A program made the position numbers and the translations under genes. From a virus (lineage: Duplodnaviria > Heunggongvirae > Uroviricota > Caudoviricetes), in the IMG/VR virus record IMGVR_UViG_3300012942_000037, positions 1 to 13,244 of that record: a DNA stretch of 13,244 nt; one strand, written 5' to 3'. Positions within the stretch are counted from its first letter, which is position 1, and every line of letters begins with the position of its first letter. This document shows positions 7,148-13,244 of this stretch, in pieces. Below the pieces are notes generated by a model. The model made no database searches and was not told the origin of the DNA. It saw only the letters and a program-made list of their open reading frames with translations.

Positions 7148-7178
7148 ATTGACGATCCACGGGGTATCACGTTAGGGT
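7146..7178 (+). promoter_or_regulatory. Sigma70-like promoter positioned for a leaderless transcript of ORF 7185
   Basis: AAATTGACG (7146-7154), 18 bp, TAGGGT (7173-7178), 6 nt, ATG at 7185. No SD. Confidence 0.55.
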
Positions 7179-7184
7179 TGGGTT

Positions 7185-7442
7185 ATGGAAGCCAAGGTCA
7201 CCATAGCTCAACCCTATCCAGTTCTCTGGGATTGGAAGTCATCCAAGGAGACCGAGGTTGTCTCCTGGATGCGAGAAAACATTAAGAGCAAGCATGAGGG
7301 TCTCTTCCTAAGCAAAGGCTCTGGGAAGGTCGTCGTAAATAGGGATGACATTGATCACTGGAAATTGGACGATGTAGTGATCTGGCTCTTTGAATGCCCA
7401 CGTGACGCAATGCTCTTCAAACTCACATGGGGTGGAAGATAA
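7185..7442 (+). CDS. Small hypothetical protein (85 aa), 'DAMLFKLTW' paralogue family
   Basis: VVSWMRENI and C-terminal WLFECPRDAMLFKLTWGGR. TAATG-coupled to the next gene. Confidence 0.75.
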   Translation: MEAKVTIAQPYPVLWDWKSSKETEVVSWMRENIKSKHEGLFLSKGSGKVVVNRDDIDHWKLDDVVIWLFECPRDAMLFKLTWGGR

Positions 7443-7954
7443 TGGCTAAGAAACCAACAACTAAGAAGCCAACTCTGGATATCAAGGATGAGATGTTTCA
7501 TGCTGAACGGAAGAACTTCAATTGGTTAGATGAGCAGCCAGAGGAGCTTCGAAAGACCTTCAGCCCCTTGGTAGCGATGAAGTGGTTCAGTGTAGAGTTC
7601 AAAGAGCCAGATCACTACATTTTCATGGTGAATGAGCTCCTAAACATCAGCGATTTCTGGGAAATGTCAGGTAAACATCCTGATCTAGTATGGCGGATCA
7701 TGTGTGCTATCGGCAAGGGGCGACGGGATGGTGACCGCAGCCACGGCTGGATACCTCTAGCCAATAGGCGAAAGACGGTGAGCAAAGTGGATGGTGTATT
7801 CCTGAAGCTCTATCCGCAATTGAATGATGAAGAATTGATCCTATTGAGGAGTAAGTATGACAGAGAGTCATTCAAACAACTCCTTAAGGATATGGGTATG
7901 GCCGACAATGACATCAAACCCCTTGTTGAAGAATTCAAGAAGACCAATGGTTGA
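7442..7954 (+). CDS. Putative clamp-loader small subunit (T4 gp62-like) (170 aa)
   Basis: Start set at ATG 7442 (TAATG overlap). The pattern FSPLVAMKWFS...MVNELLN...HGWI...LKLYPQ loosely follows gp62-like proteins (Y.PF.INR.LS...NE.N...W.K). Replication context supports this; the assignment is tentative. Confidence 0.5.
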   Translation: MAKKPTTKKPTLDIKDEMFHAERKNFNWLDEQPEELRKTFSPLVAMKWFSVEFKEPDHYIFMVNELLNISDFWEMSGKHPDLVWRIMCAIGKGRRDGDRSHGWIPLANRRKTVSKVDGVFLKLYPQLNDEELILLRSKYDRESFKQLLKDMGMADNDIKPLVEEFKKTNG

Positions 7955-8681
7955 GGTTATGACCAAACCAGGTCGTAACACCAGGGCTAAAGCTATTGCG
8001 CCATCCAGCCCTGCCTATTCTTGTGAATTCTGTAAGAAGTCGTTCTCCAAGGAGGGAACTCTTATTAACCATATGTGCGAGAAGAAGCGTAGATGGTTAT
8101 GGAAGGATGAGCGTTACATTCGAATTGGTTTCATGGCCTTTCAGAAGTTTTACCAACTGAGTGTGAGATCAAAGAAGGAGAAGACTTACCATGATTTCAT
8201 GGAGTCTTTGTACTTCACAGCCTTCACAAAGTTTGGTCGGTATATCGAGCATATCAACGCTATCGAGGTTTCTGGTTTCGTTGAGATGTTGATCAAGAAT
8301 AATATCAAGCTCGACGATTGGACCAATGACATTTGGTATGAGTCTTGGACCCGTGAACTTACTAGGAAGGAATCTCCCCTGAAGGCGGTGGAGCGTAATA
8401 TTCTCCTTATGGAACAATGGGGAAGAGAGACTGGTGAGAACTGGGTAGACTTCTTCCGCAAGGTTAGCACATCACAAGCTACTATTTGGATTAGGAAGGG
8501 TAGGATCTCACCCTGGCTTCTCTATAGCGGCGTGGGCCAACCATTATTTGACAGACTTTCAGATGAGCAACTAGGATTGGTGAGGGAATGGATCAATCCG
8601 CTATATTGGAACTCGAAGATCCGGAACAATAAGGCAGAGGTTGATCAGATCCGAGCCATTCTTGAAGAGGCAGGTGTTTAA
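7947..8681 (+). CDS. N-terminal C2H2/C2HC zinc-finger protein (244 aa); remainder possibly gp59 helicase-loader-like
   Basis: YSCEFCKKSFSKEGTLINHMC zinc-finger motif. Start uncertain (ATG 7947 or 7959). Confidence 0.7.
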   Translation: MVEVMTKPGRNTRAKAIAPSSPAYSCEFCKKSFSKEGTLINHMCEKKRRWLWKDERYIRIGFMAFQKFYQLSVRSKKEKTYHDFMESLYFTAFTKFGRYIEHINAIEVSGFVEMLIKNNIKLDDWTNDIWYESWTRELTRKESPLKAVERNILLMEQWGRETGENWVDFFRKVSTSQATIWIRKGRISPWLLYSGVGQPLFDRLSDEQLGLVREWINPLYWNSKIRNNKAEVDQIRAILEEAGV

Positions 8682-9394
8682 TGGCAATTATCGATTCTAA
8701 TAATCCTTGGCATCCTAAGGAACTCCGAGATTCCTATTATGACATGCTCTCCGATAGGATTTTGAAACATGATGGCGGCGAATGGACTATCTCCTACCCG
8801 CCCGCTCCTTCGCCTGAAGAGTTGGCTAGAATGGATGCCTACCAGCGTGAGAAAGAGCTGAAGGAAGTTGAGCATAAAGAGAAACTCGAGGCCCTGAAGA
8901 CAGTCTTCCCCCGTGGGTATGCTGCCATTGACAACTTTGAGATCATGGTAGATATCGCGCGCAAGGATCAGCTCAACCCACTTTACGAGAAAGTGCTCAA
9001 GGAATTTGAAGATGCGCAAACCGCCCTTCATCGAGCAGCCAACAAATTAGCGAGCGCAGTGAAGCTAACTGATCTAGAGAAGATTGAAGAGCAGAGCAAC
9101 CAGAAGGATAAGAACTTCTGGATGAATAGCGCGGCTGTGAATATGGCCAATATTACGACTAAGTTCAATTACTCCTATCCTTCAACCCTCTACGGTAAGA
9201 GTATTCAAACCGCATCTTTGGCTGGCCCTCCGGGCCCTATGGGGCCAGTAGGACTTACTGGTGAGAAGGGTGACAAAGGTGACAAGGGTGACAAGGGTGA
9301 TGCTGGCCCAAAGGGAGACAAGGGAGATCCTGGTCTTTCGACTTGGCAAGGTATTGGTAACTGGTTCAAAGGTCTCTACTTCAAGATCTTCTGA
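8681..9394 (+). CDS. Coiled-coil protein with a short collagen-like (Gly-X-Y)13 segment (237 aa)
   Basis: TAATG overlap with the previous gene. GPP GPM GPV GLT GEK GDK GDK GDK GDA GPK GDK GDP GLS near the C-terminus. Confidence 0.8.
   Translation: MAIIDSNNPWHPKELRDSYYDMLSDRILKHDGGEWTISYPPAPSPEELARMDAYQREKELKEVEHKEKLEALKTVFPRGYAAIDNFEIMVDIARKDQLNPLYEKVLKEFEDAQTALHRAANKLASAVKLTDLEKIEEQSNQKDKNFWMNSAAVNMANITTKFNYSYPSTLYGKSIQTASLAGPPGPMGPVGLTGEKGDKGDKGDKGDAGPKGDKGDPGLSTWQGIGNWFKGLYFKIF
9224..9340 (+). repeat. Collagen triplet repeat, including tandem 9-bp GGTGACAA(A/G) units
   Basis: 13 consecutive Gly-X-Y triplets read directly from the sequence. Confidence 0.9.
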
Positions 9395-9410
9395 CGCCAA
9401 ATAGCTATCG

Positions 9411-9418
9411 CTAAATAT
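9411..9418 (+). promoter_or_regulatory. Late-promoter-like box CTAAATAT positioned for a leaderless transcript of ORF 9423
   Basis: TAAATA at 9412-9417, 5 nt before ATG 9423. No SD. Confidence 0.5.
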
Positions 9419-9422
9419 CAAC

Positions 9423-9764
9423 ATGGAAGAAGACGATAACATTCTTTGGAACATGTACGGGGGTGGAACTGCCACCTCCAAACCATCTGCTCCACCACCA
9501 GAGAAGTTCAAGATGGCCAGCCGTGTCATTGGTGGTATGAAGGCACAGAATAGCCATACAAAGACCATTGAACTTGATGGTGAATTCCATACCTTCCCCA
9601 AAGCTGAATATGTAGCTCAGTTGGAAGCGCAACTCAAAGAAGTTCGTCAGCAATACCGAGATCTACAGACTAAGCAACAGCGTCTGGTGAGAGCGAATAA
9701 CCGTGCTCTTGAGAAGATTCGCCAAATCGAGATTGAATTGGCGAACAAAATTGACGTGCGCTAA
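9423..9764 (+). CDS. Hypothetical protein with a C-terminal coiled coil (113 aa)
   Basis: Heptad-like YVAQLEAQLKEVRQQYRDLQTKQQRLVRANNRALEKIRQIEIEL. Confidence 0.75.
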   Translation: MEEDDNILWNMYGGGTATSKPSAPPPEKFKMASRVIGGMKAQNSHTKTIELDGEFHTFPKAEYVAQLEAQLKEVRQQYRDLQTKQQRLVRANNRALEKIRQIEIELANKIDVR

Positions 9765-9780
9765 CCAGAGTTCGTAATCT
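9748..9780 (+). promoter_or_regulatory. Sigma70-like promoter positioned for a leaderless transcript of the mini-PolIII gene
   Basis: AAATTGACG (9748-9756), 18 bp, TAATCT (9775-9780), 6 nt, ATG at 9787. No SD. Confidence 0.6.
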
Positions 9781-9786
9781 ACCCAC

Positions 9787-10395
9787 ATGGATAAAAAGAT
9801 TCCAGATGTAGACATTGACTTCAAGGACCGTGATGAGGCTCTTGAAAACCTTCTACATATCCCTGCGAGCCGTGTTGAAAAGGGTGACCTCAAGAAACAC
9901 ATCGTCGGGGTCTACTTCCAGGATATACCCACAGATCCCCTTACAGGGTTGGCTAGCATACCCTATGAAGAAGCTGAGCAACGTGGTTACTTCAAATTGG
10001 ACTTCCTAAACCTAGGCGTCTACAAAGGTGTGAAGGATGAGGCACACCTGGATGAACTCGTGACACGAGAACCCATGTGGCAGATGCTCGAAGATCAGGC
10101 CATAGTAGATCAGCTCTTCCACCTATCATGCCACTATGACATTGTTAGTGCCTACAAACCCACTTCTATCTACCAGCTCGCGATGGTATTGGCGTTAATC
10201 AGACCAGGTAAGCGACATCTTCAGGGTTTGGATTGGTCTTTGGTTGAAGCGGATATCTGGACCGCTGCCGAAAATGATGAATACACGTTCAAGCGTGCTC
10301 ATGCCATATCTTACGCTCACGTGGTAGTAGTTCAGATGAATCTCCTATTGGAGCAGGCTCTTGCTGAACCGCCGCTACAATCTGATAGTAACTGA
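9787..10395 (+). CDS. Miniature DNA polymerase III alpha (DnaE-like, family C) catalytic core (202 aa)
   Basis: PDVDIDF, HIVGVY, FKLDFLNL, KPTSIYQLA..LALIRPG and YTFKRAHAISY correspond to DnaE PDFDVDF, HAAGVV, KFDFLGL, ALFRPG and YGFNKSHSAAY. Confidence 0.85.
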   Translation: MDKKIPDVDIDFKDRDEALENLLHIPASRVEKGDLKKHIVGVYFQDIPTDPLTGLASIPYEEAEQRGYFKLDFLNLGVYKGVKDEAHLDELVTREPMWQMLEDQAIVDQLFHLSCHYDIVSAYKPTSIYQLAMVLALIRPGKRHLQGLDWSLVEADIWTAAENDEYTFKRAHAISYAHVVVVQMNLLLEQALAEPPLQSDSN

Positions 10396-10741
10396 TCACC
10401 GGTCATTTAGGCCATATCTAGAGGTAGATGTGATCAGCACTATCTACCCAACCGAAATGAGCATCTGCTCAATTCCTCTTACCCAACTGGCGACTCATGA
10501 AGTTGGTCTACAGGATGGAAGATTCCTACACTTTTCGACTTCAACCCAGGAGCATATTGTTGGCCAATGGGTCGAGAATAGCGTAGAGGAGAATTTCAAG
10601 GAGAGGCTTGAATGGATCACCCAGAACGTGAACTCAGATTGGTATTTTGAGATGATACAGGAGCATATAGGTAAGACGAGGATGGTGTGGAGTTTTAGCA
10701 ACGCCAGTGACGCAATGATGTTTAAGCTAACTTGGTGTTAG
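10361..10741 (+). CDS. Hypothetical protein (up to 126 aa), 'DAMMFKLTW' paralogue family; start uncertain
   Basis: RLEWITQNV and WSFSNASDAMMFKLTWC. TTG 10361 has GGAG 7 nt upstream. Alternative starts are GTG 10430 and ATG 10457. Confidence 0.65.
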   Translation: MLNRRYNLIVTDHRSFRPYLEVDVISTIYPTEMSICSIPLTQLATHEVGLQDGRFLHFSTSTQEHIVGQWVENSVEENFKERLEWITQNVNSDWYFEMIQEHIGKTRMVWSFSNASDAMMFKLTWC

Positions 10742-11103
10742 TCTTGCTTGCGGACTAACTGGATTTGACGTCGTTTGATTCGTTTGACCATGATAGTATC
10801 CAGAGATACACTTGGACCCTGGATGATTTCAAAATCACTAGTAATGAAGGTCTTAAGGTATGGGCGGAATACAGCCCAACGTTCTTTTAGTGTCACATTG
10901 ATTGGCATTTGACGATTAGTTTCCCACCACCATTCATCGCCTAGTTGGAGGAAGAGTTTCTTCGACTCTTCATCTTGTAGCATATTGTAGACGTAGATGC
11001 TGGTGATCTGATTATCAGAGTTACCAATGATACCCAAATACTCTTGATCAAGGTATCGACCAAGCGTCAGGAACGGAAACTTTTCTAACTGCGGAAGCGA
11101 CAC
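10738..11103 (-). CDS. Hypothetical protein (121 aa), the only credible minus-strand gene
   Basis: Occupies a region with no long plus-strand ORF. GTG start with AGGT 5 nt upstream and its own TAAATA box. Protein-like composition (LGDEWWWETNRQMPIN; basic C-terminus). Confidence 0.8.
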   Translation of the reverse strand: MSLPQLEKFPFLTLGRYLDQEYLGIIGNSDNQITSIYVYNMLQDEESKKLFLQLGDEWWWETNRQMPINVTLKERWAVFRPYLKTFITSDFEIIQGPSVSLDTIMVKRIKRRQIQLVRKQD

Positions 11104-11122
11104 TATGGACCTGTAAACCGAA

Positions 11123-11141
11123 CTAAATACTGGGTATTTAG
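11123..11141. promoter_or_regulatory. Palindromic pair of divergent late-promoter-like boxes CTAAATAC-TGG-GTATTTAG
   Basis: Perfect 8-bp inverted repeat containing TAAATA on each strand, located between two divergent genes. Confidence 0.65.
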
Positions 11142-11172
11142 CCCAGCCCTAAATGGCTTCCTGAGGATCGGC

Positions 11173-12024
11173 ATGACTGTTTTCATCTACGAGATTAAGA
11201 GGAGAGTCGAGCTTACCTTGAGGGAGACTTCAGGTTTAGTGAATTGGAATCTACCCATGGACAGTAATGACTTTCGCATCTTCAAGGATGTAACCAATAC
11301 CTTGGAGTTCGTAGTCAGGGATACTGATCGCAAGCCCATAAACATGATGGGCCGCACAGCGCAGATTACGATGTATGATCAGCGTAATAATGAGATGATG
11401 TGGCAGGCTCCACTCAAAGTCATCAATGATACCAAGGGCCTATGTCAACTGAACATTACACCTGATGTAACCTCTGATTGGTATCTTGCGACCTATTCCT
11501 ATAGCGTCACCGTTCAGAACCTAGATGGCTCGGTTCATATGTTGTATGTGGATCAGCATGAGGGCCAGCAAGGCTTCTTTGAGCTTTGTCAGGGGCCTAG
11601 TTTTGAACCCTCTGATAGCCAGACTTTAACATCGAGTGATCTTCCTGCTTTACAAGGTGGTAGTTGGACCTTCGTTCAAGAAGGTACAGATGATGACCTC
11701 CATTATCTCTATTCTAGTGCTCTACCAGGATCGATGAAGCGGCACAACTTCTCGGGTCTTCATACCGTTGCTGTCTTCTTCGAGAACTTCTCAGGAACAC
11801 TCTTGGTTCAAGGTAGTGTTGAAGAAGGTACACCAACTGACGGTGATTGGTATGAGATTGAAACTCGTCACTATGATCACAAGACTGGTTCGGATCACTT
11901 CAACATCCTAGCCAATCTCCAATGGGTAAGATTCCGATTATGGAACCGTTACTTTGATGATGGTTCAGGAATGATACTAGATACCAACAAGGGTAGGTTG
12001 GTAAAATTGGTTTATAGAAATTGA
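11173..12024 (+). CDS. Probable virion-associated beta-sandwich protein with a BppU-N/Ig-like N-terminal domain (283 aa)
   Basis: SD GAGGA at 11163-11167. The pattern LEFVVRDTDRKPINMMGRTAQITM...GLCQLNIT...YSYSVTV resembles BppU-N-like domains. A second beta-rich domain ends DWYEI...WVRFR. Preceded by a late-type box. Confidence 0.55.
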   Translation: MTVFIYEIKRRVELTLRETSGLVNWNLPMDSNDFRIFKDVTNTLEFVVRDTDRKPINMMGRTAQITMYDQRNNEMMWQAPLKVINDTKGLCQLNITPDVTSDWYLATYSYSVTVQNLDGSVHMLYVDQHEGQQGFFELCQGPSFEPSDSQTLTSSDLPALQGGSWTFVQEGTDDDLHYLYSSALPGSMKRHNFSGLHTVAVFFENFSGTLLVQGSVEEGTPTDGDWYEIETRHYDHKTGSDHFNILANLQWVRFRLWNRYFDDGSGMILDTNKGRLVKLVYRN

Positions 12025-12049
12025 CGGCCTGATCGGTTTCACCTATTGT
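12018..12049 (+). promoter_or_regulatory. Sigma70-like promoter of the TGT/DpdA-like gene
   Basis: AAATTGACG (12018-12026, overlapping the upstream stop), 17 bp, TATTGT (12044-12049). Confidence 0.6.
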
Positions 12050-12080
12050 GGAGTGAACCAATTAGAACAAGAGGCCGTTA

Positions 12081-13244
12081 ATGCCCGGAATCGATTATTC
12101 GGCGCGCTACCGTGATTATGCGCGATTCACTCCAGCTATCAGTGAGATGTACACTCGATATGTGGTGAATGACAATCCAAAGCGAGAACCACCCGTGACC
12201 CGCCCAGAGCTGGATTTTCTCAATCCAGAGACTGGCTTATTCTATCTGCCTTGCTCACTCTATAGTGCTGGCCAGGCCGCGAAAAGTGCTGGTATGTCTC
12301 ATAAGAAGGACATGGTCACCGGCCGAGATAAGAGCCACACGACCATTCTTGGTGACTCGGGTGGATTCCAGATCCAGACTGGTGCGATCAAATTCAAAGG
12401 CGATGAAACTCGTAATCGCATGATGAAGTGGATGGAAGAGAACTGTGATTGGAGCATGATCCTAGATTTCCCCACTGGTGGTATTCAGATGGGAAACATT
12501 GATCAGCATTATGATCGATTGACTGCTGATCTAAATCCAGATCTACCAGATTCTGGTAATGCTGAAACGCTAAAGGCATTGATCCTTAAGAATGGCGGTG
12601 ATCCTAACAACTACGCGGATCGCATGTTTTATACCTGTATGCTCCAGACACTGATTAATAACGATTGGTTTGTGGCCAATAGAACGCCAGGGGCCACCAA
12701 GTTCTTGAATGTGGTTCAGGGACGGAATCCTAAGGAGAGCAAAGTCTGGTATGAGAATGTCAAGCATTATCCATTTGAGGGCTGGTCGCTAGCAAGCCAC
12801 CACAAAGAGAACTTTGAAATGTCATTGGGCCGTATCATTCAGATGCGCGACGATGGCCTGCTTCAGGATCGCGATTGGATGCATTTCTTGGGTGTTGGTA
12901 AGTTCCAACACGGTTGTGTCTATACTACCATGCAGAGGTGTATCAGAGAATCTATCAATCCTAATTTCACCATCTCCTATGACGTGAGTTCACCATTCAC
13001 ACTAGCAGCTTATGGTAAGGTCTTTGTAGGTTACAACCTGGATAAGGATAGTTGGTCGATTCAGGGTGAGAAGTTGGATGGCCGTAACTACCTACCTACC
13101 AACACCTATGAGGATGCTGATGGTGAGATCCAAATTGGTCATGAGATGATCTCGACGGGTAAGGGCAGGATCGTCTACAAGTTGGACGAGTCTGGTAACA
13201 AGATTCCATTACCTGAGCGTGGACCAGATGCTGATCGCCCATTC
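12081..13244 (+). CDS. TGT/DpdA-family guanine-exchange transglycosylase (partial, at least 388 aa, runs off the window)
   Basis: Translated by hand from ATG 12081 (SD GAGG 12071-12074) with no stop to the end. Motifs GDSGGFQ (12351-12371), MILDFP (D at 12465), NVVQG (Q at 12717), MHFLG (H at 12882) and SYDVSS (D at 12981) match TGT-family active-site motifs. Confidence 0.85.
   Translation, partial: MPGIDYSARYRDYARFTPAISEMYTRYVVNDNPKREPPVTRPELDFLNPETGLFYLPCSLYSAGQAAKSAGMSHKKDMVTGRDKSHTTILGDSGGFQIQTGAIKFKGDETRNRMMKWMEENCDWSMILDFPTGGIQMGNIDQHYDRLTADLNPDLPDSGNAETLKALILKNGGDPNNYADRMFYTCMLQTLINNDWFVANRTPGATKFLNVVQGRNPKESKVWYENVKHYPFEGWSLASHHKENFEMSLGRIIQMRDDGLLQDRDWMHFLGVGKFQHGCVYTTMQRCIRESINPNFTISYDVSSPFTLAAYGKVFVGYNLDKDSWSIQGEKLDGRNYLPTNTYEDADGEIQIGHEMISTGKGRIVYKLDESGNKIPLPERGPDADRPF

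Noticed and set aside
7336-7341. TAAATA inside ORF 7185
   Set aside because: It lies in coding sequence, and an AT-rich hexamer is expected several times by chance. It cannot be supported without TSS data.
7857-7946. Upstream extension of the Zn-finger ORF, and of ORFs 2112 and 7427
   Set aside because: These extensions overlap the preceding genes extensively; closer coupled ATGs exist at 7947, 2151 and 7442.
1-13244. Stop-codon reassignment, CRISPR array, tRNA or transposase
   Set aside because: Genes end at TAA, TGA and TAG and tile the window under the standard code. I saw no regularly spaced repeats, cloverleaf or transposase/integrase motifs.

Overview
This is a densely packed, almost all plus-strand segment of a large lytic phage genome of the T4-related jumbo-phage type. 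It uses the standard genetic code and has many TAATG/ATGA/TGATG stop-start overlaps. It is a recombination/replication module. In order it encodes: the tail of an upstream gene, a small acidic protein, a UvsY-like recombination mediator, a AAA+ ATPase, a HARP-like protein, an apparently catalytically dead SNF2-type helicase, an intact UvsW-type SF2 helicase, a possibly Hint-fold protein, a gp62-like clamp-loader subunit, a Zn-finger protein with weak gp59-like features, a collagen-repeat protein, a coiled-coil protein, a 202-aa miniature DNA polymerase III-alpha core, a conserved minus-strand gene, a probable virion beta-sandwich protein, and a TGT/DpdA-family base-exchange enzyme. The last gene (12081 to the window end) is missing from the supplied ORF track because it is truncated. 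Three small ORFs share a W..N / F....DAM.FKLTW motif and look like paralogues. Intergenic spaces contain sigma70-like promoters (AAATTGACG three times, two positioned for leaderless mRNAs), T4-late-like TAAATA boxes (including a palindromic divergent pair), a UUCG terminator, tandem DnaA boxes and several long inverted repeats. All family assignments come from reading motifs by eye; no database search was run.
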